DNA of 64,000 bases, from positions 813,128 through 877,127 of the forward strand of contig OZ240228.1 in NCBI GenBank assembly GCA_965197795.1, read 5' to 3'. The notes beneath the pieces were generated by a model, which was given only the letters and a program-made list of their open reading frames with translations, made no database searches and was not told the origin of the DNA. The translations under genes and the position numbers were made by a program. This document shows positions 1 through 9,460 of this stretch, piece after piece. The DNA is from Dehalococcoidia bacterium (GTDB taxonomy: Bacteria > Chloroflexota > Dehalococcoidia > DSTF01 > WHTK01). Position 1 is the stretch's first letter; the number at the start of each line of letters is the position of its first letter.

Positions 1-939
1 GCCGAGGCAGTCGAAGACCGCGGTGCGCGCGTAGTTATTGAGCGGTAGCTCCGCCAGCGCGAGCACGGATCGGCCCGCTGGCGTCTCGCTGAGCGGTGTA
101 CCCGGCAGCGGCGAGACCGGTATGCCGGCGCTTTGCAGGGCGAGGGCGAGGACGCCACGGTACGAAGCGTCGGCGCCGTGCAAGACGGCGATCTCGTGCA
201 GCCCGATGCCGGCTTCGAGCGAGTGAAGGACCTCGCGCGCTGCCTCACGCGCCTCGCTGGCAGGGTCCGGGGCGAGGACGAAGGCGGTCTCAGGCGAGGT
301 TGCGGGCGTTTCGAGCTGTTTGAAACGGGACGAGCTCGCGACCCGGCGCAAGGCCTTGAGCAGCGCGTCGGCGCCGGCGCTAAGCGCACCCGGAGGCAGG
401 ACGTAGATGTCTCCCATGTCGTTGATCACCGGGGAGCCGCCACGCGACACCACCTCCGTCGCGGCGTCGAAGAGGTCTTCTTCGTCGTAGAACGACGCGG
501 TCTGGGCGCGAAAGATGGCGTAAAGGCGCGTGACCTCCGGGAGCAGGCCGCTGTCGAGGCGGCTGCGAACTTCGTCGGGACGGAAGCCGCCTCGGCGAAG
601 CCGGGTAAAGCTCTGTCGTGGCACGCGCGCGAAGCTGGTGAGGTCGGAGACCTCCGCGAGGTCGGCGCGAGCCTCGTGCGCGATCTGGCCGGCAAGGTAA
701 TCGCCGATCGGCCGGGCGAGCGGCGATCGGCCCTGACGCGCCAGGGTGGCGGCACCGAGGAGCTCGGCGATGCGAGGCAGCGTCTCGAAACGGACGCCGG
801 CGAAGGGGCCGATCTCGGCGAGCTGGCGGCGGAGATGTATGGCCGCGACGTGCGAGGGAACGATGACAGTCGTGGGCGCCAGAGGATCGTCGCGCCTCGC
901 GCGTGCGATGGTCCGAAGGGCGGCTAATGCGGCGGGCAT
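1..939 (-). CDS. AddB/AdnA-like double-strand-break repair helicase-nuclease subunit; N-terminal part only, the gene continues beyond the window start
   Basis: Manual minus-strand translation from ATG at 939 gives MPAALAALRTIARARRDDPLAPTTVIVPSHVAAIHLRRQLAE..., open to position 1. This resembles the degenerate helicase N-terminus of AddB/AdnA. It is absent from the ORF track because no stop falls inside the window. Confidence 0.45.
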   Translation of the reverse strand, partial: MPAALAALRTIARARRDDPLAPTTVIVPSHVAAIHLRRQLAEIGPFAGVRFETLPRIAELLGAATLARQGRSPLARPIGDYLAGQIAHEARADLAEVSDLTSFARVPRQSFTRLRRGGFRPDEVRSRLDSGLLPEVTRLYAIFRAQTASFYDEEDLFDAATEVVSRGGSPVINDMGDIYVLPPGALSAGADALLKALRRVASSSRFKQLETPATSPETAFVLAPDPASEAREAAREVLHSLEAGIGLHEIAVLHGADASYRGVLALALQSAGIPVSPLPGTPLSETPAGRSVLALAELPLNNYARTAVFDCLG

Positions 940-1147
940 CAGACCGGCAGCATAATGGGAATCGTCGCACGCGAAAAGACGCGTGACGTTTCGGACAAAC
1001 TACCGAATCACGCTTCCTGCATTCGCCGCGTAAACTACAGGGCGAAGCATCGAATCGAATCGAGACAGTGAGCATAGCCAACCCCGCGAATCCCCCGACC
1101 CCGCAAGAGGGCTTCGACGGCGCCTGGGACCGCGCAGGAACCGGCCC

Positions 1148-1732
1148 GTGGTCATAGAGGACGCACGGATTAAGCGCGCCCGGGAAGGTGACCTCTCGGC
1201 GTTCAACGAGCTGGTCATCGAGTACCAGTCCCTTACGGTCAATCTCTGCTTACGGATGCTGGGCCAGCGGCAGGCGGCGGAAGATGCGGCGCAGGAGGCG
1301 TTCATCAACGCCTGGCGCAGCGTTGGCAACTTCCGCGGCGATTCGTTTCGGGCCTGGCTGCTGCGCATCGCTGCCAATCTGTGCCGCGACGAGCTGAGAC
1401 GACGCGGCCGGCGGCCCTCGTCATCGCTGGATACGGCCCTGGAGGCAGGCATGCCGGATCCGCCGGATGACGAACCGTTGCCCGAGGAAAGCGCGCTCTC
1501 CTCGGAGTTGCGCGACAACCTGGAAGTGGCGCTGGCCGAGCTGCCGGAGGAGCAGCGCGTCGCCATCATGCTGTGCGACGTCGAGGGACTCGACTACGCC
1601 GAAATCGCTGTGACGATGAAGACGTCGTTGGGTACCGTGAATTCACGCATCGCCAGGGGGCGGATGCGGATGCGCGAAGTGATGCTGAGACAACCGGAAC
1701 TTCTTCCGACGCGATTTCGTCAAGGAGGTTAG
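1148..1732 (+). CDS. ECF (sigma-70 family, RpoE-like) RNA polymerase sigma factor
   Basis: Sigma-70 region 2 (FNELV, AAQEAFINAWR) and region 4 (LPEEQRVAIMLCDVEGLDYAEIA) motifs are present. The gene ends with a TAG stop. Confidence 0.85.
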   Translation: MVIEDARIKRAREGDLSAFNELVIEYQSLTVNLCLRMLGQRQAAEDAAQEAFINAWRSVGNFRGDSFRAWLLRIAANLCRDELRRRGRRPSSSLDTALEAGMPDPPDDEPLPEESALSSELRDNLEVALAELPEEQRVAIMLCDVEGLDYAEIAVTMKTSLGTVNSRIARGRMRMREVMLRQPELLPTRFRQGG

Positions 1733-1734
1733 AG

Positions 1735-2583
1735 ATGCAGAGCATGACCTGGTTCCGACGCAGCGCTCACTTGGAGAACGAGCTGTCCGCTTATGTGGAC
1801 GGCGAACTGAGTGAGCGTGCCCGCCGTGCAGTGGAGACGCACCTGGCGACCTGTGAGGCGTGTTCGGTGGTGCTCCAAGAGCTACAGGACACGAAATCAC
1901 TGCTGAGCCAGCTGCCGAAGTTGGAGCCGCGTCGCTCCCTGGCCCTGGGGCCGGAGTTCGCCATCGAGCGAAGGGTGGCGGCGCCGCGGCGCACGTCGTT
2001 TACATTCGCCCCGGCGGTGGCGCTGACCGTGCTGGTGGCACTGCTCTTCGTCGACGCGCTTGATTCGAGGGACGGCTCCAGCCAGGAGGGCGCGTCAAAC
2101 GTCGCGGACACGACGGCGGCGTTTGACCTGGCGCAGCGGACGGAAGCCAGCGCCGGCCTGGCGGCCGAGCCGACAAAGGCAGGAGACGACGAACGCACGT
2201 TGGGTGCGGCGGAATCCGCCGTTCAGCAAGACGGTACGGCGGGCGCCATCGACTCGGCTGCGGGCATAGCGCGCGATGACGCGCCAGCCGCCGCAGCCGG
2301 GGGCGCGTTGGCTCAGCTGGCGCAAGACCCCACGTCAGAGCCAGAAGCGGCGGCGGTTTCGCCAACCGAGGTTGCTCCCGAGGTTGCGACCGGCGGAGCC
2401 AGCGGTGCTGCTGCTGAATCGACGTTGGAGGCGCCGCAGGAATTGAGCCCACTGGCAGGTCCCGAAGACTCTTCCGGCGGCGTGTCCACCCTTCGCATGC
2501 TGCAGGTAGTCGCGGCGCTGGCGTTCGTCGCGTCGCTACTGGCCGTGTTCTTGCCGCGAATCATGGGAAGACAGGAAAGGTAA
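1735..2583 (+). CDS. anti-sigma factor (zf-HC2 zinc finger plus one TM helix, Ala/Gly-rich extracytoplasmic tail)
   Basis: ATG at 1735 lies 8 nt after an AGGAGG RBS. Motifs: LSAYVDGELS...HLATCEACS. A TM segment AVALTVLVALLFV is present. It sits immediately downstream of the ECF sigma gene. Confidence 0.7.
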   Translation: MQSMTWFRRSAHLENELSAYVDGELSERARRAVETHLATCEACSVVLQELQDTKSLLSQLPKLEPRRSLALGPEFAIERRVAAPRRTSFTFAPAVALTVLVALLFVDALDSRDGSSQEGASNVADTTAAFDLAQRTEASAGLAAEPTKAGDDERTLGAAESAVQQDGTAGAIDSAAGIARDDAPAAAAGGALAQLAQDPTSEPEAAAVSPTEVAPEVATGGASGAAAESTLEAPQELSPLAGPEDSSGGVSTLRMLQVVAALAFVASLLAVFLPRIMGRQER

Positions 2584-2592
2584 CCAAACAAG

Positions 2593-3330
2593 ATGAAACC
2601 CAAGGCTTTTCTAATCACGCTCGTGGCGGGATTGGCCCTTCTGGCCGTGGCATGTGGCGACGGCGACACCTTCGTCACGTCCGGCGTCTCCGGTCAGAAC
2701 GGCGTCAGCGGGTCCGGCACCGGCACGGCCGTCGGCGAACCGGACGTGATGGTGCTCAACGTCGGCGTTTCGGTGGAGCGTGAGAGCATCGCTCAGGCGC
2801 GTGAGGATGCTGCCAGCGCCGAGGCGGCCGTGATCGACGCGCTCAAAGACAATGGCGTCGATGAGGACGACATTCAGACCGTGCAGTTCAGCATCAGCCC
2901 GCGGTACAACTTCTCGCGCCTCGACAACGAAAGAGAGATCGTCGGTTACGTGGTGAGCAACGTCGTGACGGCAAAGGTGCGTGACCTGGACAAGGCCGGC
3001 GACGTGCTCGACGCGGCGACGTTGGCCGGTGGCGACGACGCCGTGGTGCAGGGCATCTCGTTCAGCATCGATGACCCGACGGAGCTGCGGGCGCAGGCCC
3101 GGGAAGAGGCCGTGAAGAACGCGCGCGAGCAGGCTGCACAGCTGGCAAGTCTCGCGGGCGCCAACCTCGGCCGACTGATCTCGATCTCGGAGAGCAGCTT
3201 CTCCCCGATCTTCGAGCGATCGATTACAGGCGGCATTGGTGGAGGGGCAGCAGACGTGGTTCAGACGCCGATCGAGGCCGGTCAGCTAGAGATCAGGGTC
3301 ACCGTAAACGTCCTGTATGCCGTCAACTAG
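2593..3330 (+). CDS. SIMPL-domain (DUF541) lipoprotein
   Basis: Signal peptide with lipobox LAVAC. The region VQFSISPRYNF...GYVVSNVVTAKVRDLDKAGDV...ARE.A..NAREQA is typical of SIMPL / 26 kDa periplasmic immunogenic proteins. Confidence 0.75.
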   Translation: MKPKAFLITLVAGLALLAVACGDGDTFVTSGVSGQNGVSGSGTGTAVGEPDVMVLNVGVSVERESIAQAREDAASAEAAVIDALKDNGVDEDDIQTVQFSISPRYNFSRLDNEREIVGYVVSNVVTAKVRDLDKAGDVLDAATLAGGDDAVVQGISFSIDDPTELRAQAREEAVKNAREQAAQLASLAGANLGRLISISESSFSPIFERSITGGIGGGAADVVQTPIEAGQLEIRVTVNVLYAVN

Positions 3331-3342
3331 CCAAGGGCCGGA

Positions 3343-3384
3343 CGCATAGAAGAAGGCAGCGTTCAACGCTGCCTTCTTCTATGC
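3343..3384. terminator. rho-independent terminator hairpin (12-bp stem GAAGAAGGCAGCG/CGCTGCCTTCTTC, 5-nt loop) followed by a T-rich tract
   Basis: Perfect inverted repeat directly after the SIMPL stop codon, followed by tatgccctttt. Confidence 0.55.
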
Positions 3385-3446
3385 CCTTTTCGCCTCGTCG
3401 CGTAGAATCCGGCTAAATAAGATTGCGGGGGCCAAGCTACGTCCGT

Positions 3447-4073
3447 CCTGAGCGACCGCAGCATCCGAGAAGAAATCGACGCCGGACGATTAGTCATCGA
3501 TCCGTGGGAGGATCGCTTCCTGCAGCCGGCCAGCATCGATATGCGCCTTGGCGACAAGGCACTGGTGTTCCGAAATCACCGCGAATCGGTCACCGACGTG
3601 AAGCGAGACATGTCCCACCTCACGGAGGAAGAGGACATCGACGAACTAAAGCCGTTCGTCCTGCACCCGGAGAGTTCATTCTCGCAGCGACGTTCGAGAG
3701 CGTCCGCATTCCCGACAACATCGTGGGCCGGCTGGACGGAAAAAGCTCCCTGGGACGGCTCGGCCTGATCGTCCATTCGACCGCCGGCTTTGTGGACCCT
3801 GGGTTCGAAGGGACGATCACCCTGGAGCTCACCAACATCTCGAATCTTCCGATCACGCTCTACGCGATGATGCCGGTGTCTCAGATATCGTTCATGTACC
3901 TGTCGACGCCGGCGGAGAAGCCGTACGGCGGCAATCGCTCGAAGTACCAGGGTCAGCGCGGTCCGCAGCCGAGCCGATACCACTTGAACTACCTGCAGCC
4001 AGGCTTCCCGCAGCATGGGGATAGACCTCTGGCTCCTCGACGTCAGGGACGGCGCGGCAGCGGCGACAAATGA
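3447..4073 (+). CDS. dcd: dCTP deaminase (Dcd) with an apparent -1 frameshift (missing G in a GGG run near 3670) and no ATG start (CTG at 3447)
   Basis: N-terminus [45 protein letters not shown]...KPFVLHP in one frame. Then [56 protein letters not shown]...[12 protein letters not shown] in the +1 frame. The junction is cacccgg|agagttc, where cacccgggagagttc is expected. Confidence 0.7.
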   Translation, partial: PERPQHPRRNRRRTISHRSVGGSLPAAGQHRYAPWRQGTGVPKSPRIGHRREARHVPPHGGRGHRRTKAVRPAPGEFILAATFESVRIPDNIVGRLDGKSSLGRLGLIVHSTAGFVDPGFEGTITLELTNISNLPITLYAMMPVSQISFMYLSTPAEKPYGGNRSKYQGQRGPQPSRYHLNYLQPGFPQHGDRPLAPRRQGRRGSGDK

Positions 4074-5179
4074 CCGAGCCCTCCGGTTTGATGCGACAGG
4101 CGCTCGACCTGGCGCAACAGGCCCACGGATGGAGCAGCCCGAACCCATGGGTCGGCGCGGTGCTAGTCAACGCCGGACGCATCGTGGGGCAGGGCTACAC
4201 GCGCCCGCCGGGCGGCCCGCACGCGGAAATCGTGGCGTTGGATGAGGCCGGTGACGCCGCGCGTGGTGCGACCCTCTACGTTACGCTGGAGCCGTGCAGC
4301 CACCAGGGCCGCACGCCGCCTTGCACGCTGGCGTTGGTCGCGGCGGGCGTCACGAAGGTCGTTTACTCCCTCGAGGACCCCGACGCGCGCGTCTCGGGCA
4401 ACGGGCACCGGCAGCTCGAGGAAGTCGGCGTCGAGGTTGAAGTCGGGGATGGCGCCGAGTCCTCGGCGCGCTTGCTGGAGGCGTACATCAAGCACCGCAA
4501 GACGGGCCTGCCATTTGTCATCGCGAAGTATGCGGCCAGCATGGACGGGCGCATCGCCGCTGCTAGCGGCGACTCGCGCTGGGTTAGCGGACCGACGACG
4601 CTGCGCTGGACGCACGATGAGCGGACGAAGGTGGACGGGATCATGGTCGGCGCCAGCACCGTCGTCGTCGATGACCCGCAGCTGACGGCGCGTCCCGGCG
4701 GCGAGCTGGCCGAACGCCAACCGCTACGCATCGTGCTGGACAGCACGGGGCGTATCTCAGCCGGCGCCGGCGTCCTTTCGGCCGTGGCGAAGACGCTTGT
4801 CGCGACCACGGCGCGTTCGTCCAGCGAATGGCGCCGGTCGATCGAGGACGCCGGAGCCGAAGTGCTGGTGCTGGACGAGGATCAGGATGGCCGCGTCCCC
4901 TTGCCTCAGCTGCTGCGCAAACTCGGCTCACGCGGCGTCGTTACTCTGTTGCTGGAAGGCGGCAGCGTGCTGCTGGGGTCGTTCTTCGACCAGCGTTTGG
5001 TCGACAAAGTGACGGCCGTGATCGCGCCGATGGTCATCGGGGCGGCGGACGCGCCGGCGGCGATCGCGGGACGCGGGGCGCAGGTCATGAGCGAGGCGGT
5101 CCATCTCTCTGATGCCACGGTCGATCGGTTGGGCGATGACGTGCTGCTGACAGGTTATCCCGACTGGTCGCAGGCTTGA
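4070..5179 (+). CDS. ribD: bifunctional diaminohydroxyphosphoribosylaminopyrimidine deaminase / 5-amino-6-(5-phosphoribosylamino)uracil reductase
   Basis: Deaminase zinc motif HAEIVAL...[14 protein letters not shown] followed by the reductase domain ([25 protein letters not shown]). Start overlaps the dcd stop (ATGA). Confidence 0.9.
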   Translation: MTEPSGLMRQALDLAQQAHGWSSPNPWVGAVLVNAGRIVGQGYTRPPGGPHAEIVALDEAGDAARGATLYVTLEPCSHQGRTPPCTLALVAAGVTKVVYSLEDPDARVSGNGHRQLEEVGVEVEVGDGAESSARLLEAYIKHRKTGLPFVIAKYAASMDGRIAAASGDSRWVSGPTTLRWTHDERTKVDGIMVGASTVVVDDPQLTARPGGELAERQPLRIVLDSTGRISAGAGVLSAVAKTLVATTARSSSEWRRSIEDAGAEVLVLDEDQDGRVPLPQLLRKLGSRGVVTLLLEGGSVLLGSFFDQRLVDKVTAVIAPMVIGAADAPAAIAGRGAQVMSEAVHLSDATVDRLGDDVLLTGYPDWSQA

Positions 5180-5200
5180 CGCACCGTTGCACGCACGATC

Positions 5201-6015
5201 CTATCGCGGAGACGTCCCTTCGCTCTGCTTTCGCGCCCGCAGCGAGAACATGAAAGGCAGCTGTAGCGGGTTGTCCGGCAGCTCGAAGTAGCCGTCGGCG
5301 CGTTTCTGCATCTGAGGCAGCCTGGGGAAGCAGCCGTACGTGAACTCGTGCAGGCAGTCGAGCTGCAGGCCGGCGTCGATCGCGGCACCGACGATCTCGC
5401 CGAGGCCATGCGCGAAGTCGTAGGAGCGCTTGTGGTCCAGCTGGACGCGATCGTCGGCGTAGCTGTGGCCGGAGTCGTCGGCCAGCGGCTGCGCTCCGAG
5501 GTAGGGAAACACGAGCCCGATCTCGTTCTCGTCCAGCATGTCGGCCACGGGATGGCCGTCGATGAGGTAGAAGACGCCACCGGGCTTGAGGAAGCCCGCC
5601 GCGATCTGGAACCAGGTTGGCAGGTCGGGCAACCAGCAGAGCACGCCCTACGAGGCGAAGACGACGTCAAAGCTGCCTGACAGGACTTCCGACAGTTTGT
5701 AGACGTCCGTCTCGATGAAGCGGGCGTCGAGTCGCAGCTCCTGGCCAGGGAGCGCGCGGCAGCGATAGCCGGGGCCGAGAAGTCGACGCCGGTCACAAGA
5801 GCGCCTTCGCGGGCCCAGGACAGCGTGTCCATGCCGAAGTGGCACTGCAGATGCAGCAGCGTCTTGCCGGCTACTTCTCCCAGCTCACGGCGTTCGATTG
5901 GCAGCAGGCTGGATCGTCCCGCCTTGAAGGACGCGACGTCGTAAAAATCGGACGCCAGGTGAATCGGGACACGAGCGTCCTAGTTGCGGCGGTTGGCGTC
6001 GATGAACTGGTTCAT
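5201..6015 (-). pseudogene. class I SAM-dependent methyltransferase pseudogene with two in-frame TAG codons at expected Trp positions and a -1 frameshift
   Basis: Minus-strand translation reads MNQFIDANRRN*DARVPIHLASDFYDV...LLHLQCHFGMDTLSWAREGALVTGVDFSAPAIAAARSLAR, then a frameshift at about 5740, then ELRLDARFIETDVYKLSEVLSGSFDVVFAS*GVLCWLPDL...LKPGGVFYLIDGHP. The TAGs are at 5982-5980 and 5650-5648. The frameshift is a G missing from agggag. Confidence 0.7.
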
Positions 6016-6223
6016 GTCGAGAATTGTAGGTGAACGAGCTGCTTCGGCCGACGCAGCGCCGGCTGCTCGCTGCTCGCAATGGAGTTCGTTGCCCTTTGCG
6101 AGCCATCCCGCGCCAGCGGGAGGCGTGGCAATCTCGTCGCTTCATCGGCCTACGGTCGTTGCCCGTTCGCGTCGATGCCCTTACCATCAGCTTCACGACT
6201 AGACATAGCGTGGCGGGGGCAAC

Positions 6224-6838
6224 GTGTTCACGGGCATCGTCGAAGAAGTGGGGACGGTCCGATCGATCGGGCCGGGGCGTCTGGTGATCAACGCCAAGCG
6301 GGTCACATGGGGCACCAATCTGGGCGACTCCGTGGCCGTGAACGGCTGTGATCTAACCGCCGTCTATCTGGACGAGGATGGCTTCCATGCCAACGTCATC
6401 GAAGAGACCTACGCGCGCACCAACTTAGGCGACCTCAAGGTCGGCGATCGAGTCAACCTGGAGCGCGCCTTGACCCTGGCTGGACGGATCGGCGGTCACC
6501 TGCTGCGCGGCGTGATCGAGCACACGGGGACCTTGAGGTCGTTCGAACCACAGGAGCACTCGATTGTAGCCCGGTTCAACGCGCCGTCGGAGATCCTGCG
6601 CTACGTCATCGTGAAGGGACCGATCGCGGTCAGCGGCGCATCGCTGACGGTAATAGATAAGGACGACGAGACGTTCTCCGTAGGGTTGATACCGTTCACC
6701 CAGGAGCACACCAACCTGATGAATTTGAACCCTAACGATAGGGTAAACTTGGAATCAGACATCATCGCCCGCTACGTCGAGCAGCTGCTCGACGAGCGAT
6801 ACGGCGAAGGGGATCCTCGCTCGGCGGAAAGGCTCTGA
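6224..6838 (+). CDS. ribE: riboflavin synthase alpha subunit
   Basis: MFTGIVEEVGTV...AVNGCDLTAV...GHLLRGVIEHTG...SLTVID is the duplicated lumazine-binding fold. Confidence 0.85.
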   Translation: MFTGIVEEVGTVRSIGPGRLVINAKRVTWGTNLGDSVAVNGCDLTAVYLDEDGFHANVIEETYARTNLGDLKVGDRVNLERALTLAGRIGGHLLRGVIEHTGTLRSFEPQEHSIVARFNAPSEILRYVIVKGPIAVSGASLTVIDKDDETFSVGLIPFTQEHTNLMNLNPNDRVNLESDIIARYVEQLLDERYGEGDPRSAERL

Positions 6839-6840
6839 GT

Positions 6841-8115
6841 ATGATGAGGGCGCAGGTGACGCGGGCCGTCTCGCGCGACGACAAAGGCGAGAGCGTGATG
6901 GCCACGGTGGAGGAAGCGATTGAGGAGTTTCGCGCCGGCCGCTTCGTGATCATCACCGATGACGAAAGCCGCGAGAACGAGGGCGACCTCGTCATCGCGG
7001 CGGACTTCGCGACGGCGGAGAGCATCAACTTCATGGCCAAATACGGCCGTGGCCTGATCTGCATGCCGATGACGGGCGAGCGACTGGACGAGCTGGGCAT
7101 CCCGATGCAGGTCAGCCCACAAGACAATGCATCGCTGTTCGGGACCGCCTTCACCGTGTCGGTTGAAGCGCGCCGCAACGTGACCACCGGCATCTCCGCG
7201 GCGGACCGCGCCGAGACGGTTCGCGTCCTGATCGATCCAAGCACGAAGAGGCACGATCTGGCGATGCCGGGCCATCTCTTCCCGCTGCGCGCCAGAGAAG
7301 GCGGCGTCCTGGTTCGCGCCGGCCAGACGGAAGCGGCGGTGGACCTCGCCAAAATGGCAGGTCTGTACCCGGCCGGCCTGGTCTGCGAGATCATGAATAC
7401 CGACGGCACGATGGCGCGCCTGCCGGACCTGAAGCGGTTTGCCCAGCGTCATCATCTCAAGATCGTCAGCATCGAGCAGATGATTGGCTATCGTCAGCAG
7501 CATGAGCGCCTTGTCGAGCGCGTGACGGAGACCGTGATACCGACGATCCATGGCAGCTGGAAGGCGATCGCATATCGCAGCATCGTCGACCCGGACGAGC
7601 ACGTGGCGCTGGTGATGGGTGATATCGACCACGGCGAGCCAACGTTGGTGCGCATGCACAGCCAGTGCGTGACGGGGGACGTGTTCCAAAGCATGCGTTG
7701 CGATTGCGGCGAGCAGCTCGAGAAGGCGATGCAGCTGATCGGCGCCGAGGGACGGGGCGTCATCGTCTATATGCGGCAGGAAGGTCGTGGCATAGGCTTC
7801 CACAACAAGCTGCGCGCCTATGCGTTGCAGGATGACGGCCTCGACACCGTCGAGGCGAACGAAGCGTTGGGCTTTGAAGCGGACCGCCGCGATTACGGAA
7901 TAGGCATGCAAATCCTGCAAGACCTTGGTCTGCAGAAGATCCGGTTCCTGACCAACAACCCGAGCAAGCGCCTCGGCCTGGAGGGCTACGGCCTCGAAAT
8001 GGTCGAACGCGTGCCGATCATCGTCGAGCCGAACGAATTCAACGCCCAATACCTTCAGATCAAGGCAGAGAAGCTGGGTCACCGCTTCGACGACGACCCG
8101 ATGAACATCGACTAG
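6841..8115 (+). CDS. ribBA: bifunctional 3,4-dihydroxy-2-butanone-4-phosphate synthase / GTP cyclohydrolase II
   Basis: DHBP synthase motifs (DDESRENEGDLVIAAD, LICMPM) are followed by GCH-II motifs (CVTGDVFQSMRCDCGEQL, YMRQEGRGIGFHNKL). The true start may be the ATG at 6898. Confidence 0.9.
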   Translation: MMRAQVTRAVSRDDKGESVMATVEEAIEEFRAGRFVIITDDESRENEGDLVIAADFATAESINFMAKYGRGLICMPMTGERLDELGIPMQVSPQDNASLFGTAFTVSVEARRNVTTGISAADRAETVRVLIDPSTKRHDLAMPGHLFPLRAREGGVLVRAGQTEAAVDLAKMAGLYPAGLVCEIMNTDGTMARLPDLKRFAQRHHLKIVSIEQMIGYRQQHERLVERVTETVIPTIHGSWKAIAYRSIVDPDEHVALVMGDIDHGEPTLVRMHSQCVTGDVFQSMRCDCGEQLEKAMQLIGAEGRGVIVYMRQEGRGIGFHNKLRAYALQDDGLDTVEANEALGFEADRRDYGIGMQILQDLGLQKIRFLTNNPSKRLGLEGYGLEMVERVPIIVEPNEFNAQYLQIKAEKLGHRFDDDPMNID

Positions 8116-8118
8116 TCA

Positions 8119-8589
8119 ATGACGCGCACCCTCCTCGAGGATCTCGACGGCTCCAACGTCAGCGTCGCTGTTGCCGTCGCTCGATTCAACACGCTGATCA
8201 CCGAACGCTTGCTGGTCGGCGCTCTGGAGGGGCTGGACGCGTTGGGCGTCGACGAGCAACGGCGTGTGGTCGCCTGGGCGCCAGGGAGCTTCGAGTTGCC
8301 GTTTACGGCGCAGCGACTGGCCGAGACGGGGCGCTACGACGCGGTGGTCTGTCTGGGCTGCGTGATCAAGGGGGAGACGGACCACAACGAGTACATCAAC
8401 CAGGCGACGGCCCTGGCGCTGCAGAACGTGGGCCGAGAGACCGGCGTCCCAGCGATCTTCAAGATCATCACGGCCGACACGCTTGAGCAGGCGCTGGCGC
8501 GCTCGGGAGAAGGCACGTCGAACTGGGGCTACGAGGGCGTGCAGACGGCCGTGATCATGGCAAACCTGCGGCGCAACCTGGTCGAGTAA
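8119..8589 (+). CDS. ribH: 6,7-dimethyl-8-ribityllumazine synthase
   Basis: VAVAVARFNTLITERLLVGA...GSFELPF...AVVCLGCVIKGET.H.EY is the classic RibH signature. Confidence 0.9.
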   Translation: MTRTLLEDLDGSNVSVAVAVARFNTLITERLLVGALEGLDALGVDEQRRVVAWAPGSFELPFTAQRLAETGRYDAVVCLGCVIKGETDHNEYINQATALALQNVGRETGVPAIFKIITADTLEQALARSGEGTSNWGYEGVQTAVIMANLRRNLVE

Positions 8590-8607
8590 CGGGCCGCGAG
8601 ATCGTTC

Positions 8608-8988
8608 GTGTTACACGCGAGATTCCAGGTCGGCCAGAAGGCGTTCATCGAGAAGGACGGAGAGATCCTCGTGCTGTTCCGCCCGGAAGCGTTGTTCGAC
8701 TTTCCCGGCGGCCGGATCGACGAAGGTGAGCGAGACCTGGTGGCTGCCTTGCGACGAGAGGTGCGAGAGGAGACGACGTTGGAAGTCGAGGTGGGCGCTC
8801 CGTTCGCGACGTGGCTCGGACGTCAGGAGACAGTGTTTCTCGTAGGCTATCGCTGCCGCTACGTTTCGGGGGACGTCCGCCTCAGCGAAGAACACGTCGA
8901 TTTTCGCTGGGTGACGTCGGAAAGCTACGACAGCCTGGATGATGCCAGTGCTCCGTTCGAAGTGCTGCGACGCTACTTCGAGGGTTAA
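8608..8988 (+). CDS. NUDIX hydrolase
   Basis: Nudix-box-like GGRIDEGERDLVAALRREVREETTLEV. Confidence 0.6.
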   Translation: MLHARFQVGQKAFIEKDGEILVLFRPEALFDFPGGRIDEGERDLVAALRREVREETTLEVEVGAPFATWLGRQETVFLVGYRCRYVSGDVRLSEEHVDFRWVTSESYDSLDDASAPFEVLRRYFEG

Positions 8989-9052
8989 CCGAGACGTAAC
9001 CGGAGCTGACGGGGGTGTGTGCTATCATCCCCAGGTATCCCGGAGGGGCCTT

Positions 9053-9409
9053 TTGATTGACACCGAGCCGACCGAACAGCCGGAGCTGGACGATGGCGAC
9101 TGGCAGAGCCAGGGAGAATCTCCCGACCCCAGCGCGCTAAGCGCGCTGCACCTGGCGCATCGCGTCGTCGACAAGTTTCCTGAGCTGACCAAGCGCTATC
9201 AGAAGTTCATCGGTACCGCGGCGGTCGTTTCGTCGGCACTGATCGTGCTGGCGAGCATCGCGGTGGCACGGCGCCTCAACCGCGGCGAGTCGGCGGAGGA
9301 TATCCTCAACTCGATTACGTCCGAGGAAATCGAGAACGCTGGCAAGGAGAAGCCGGAGAAGCCGGGACAAGCCGACAAGAGCGATGAGAAGCGCCGCTTC
9401 TTCCACTAA
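9053..9409 (+). CDS. hypothetical small membrane protein (start uncertain)
   Basis: TTG at 9053 follows GGAGGGG. One hydrophobic helix (AAVVSSALIVLASIAVA) and a charged Lys/Glu-rich tail. Confidence 0.35.
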   Translation: MIDTEPTEQPELDDGDWQSQGESPDPSALSALHLAHRVVDKFPELTKRYQKFIGTAAVVSSALIVLASIAVARRLNRGESAEDILNSITSEEIENAGKEKPEKPGQADKSDEKRRFFH

Positions 9410-9460
9410 CCGACAGCCGCGACGCCCCTGCATTCAACTGTCAATCGGACCGTAGTCACC

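Noticed and set aside
133-1081. Long ORFs 133..927(+), 380..1081(-) and 426..755(-) at the window start
   Set aside because: Arg/Ala-rich, low-complexity translations typical of wrong-frame ORFs in high-GC DNA. A third minus-strand frame gives a coherent AddB/AdnA-like protein running off the window edge.
1573-1734. Upstream extension of the anti-sigma ORF to 1573 (overlapping the sigma gene)
   Set aside because: The ATG at 1735 has a perfect AGGAGG RBS and the protein starts with the canonical zf-HC2 region. The extension overlaps the sigma gene in another frame.
3423-3660. N-terminal part of ORF 3423..4073 ([21 protein letters not shown]...)
   Set aside because: This is the wrong frame. 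The authentic Dcd N-terminus is encoded in the 3447 frame, and the two frames are joined by a 1-nt deletion.
5648-5983. In-frame TAG codons as evidence for stop-codon reassignment
   Set aside because: The ECF sigma gene (and others) terminate with TAG immediately before a well-defined downstream start. TAG is therefore a normal stop, and the methyltransferase is a pseudogene.
4070-6224. FMN riboswitch (RFN element) upstream of ribD or ribE
   Set aside because: No RFN-like conserved blocks are visible in 3385-3446 or 6016-6223. ribD overlaps the dcd stop.
6772-8082. 436-aa ORF antisense to ribBA
   Set aside because: It lies entirely inside the well-supported ribBA gene on the opposite strand. 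Its His/Arg/Ala-rich composition with no motifs marks it as a GC-driven spurious ORF.
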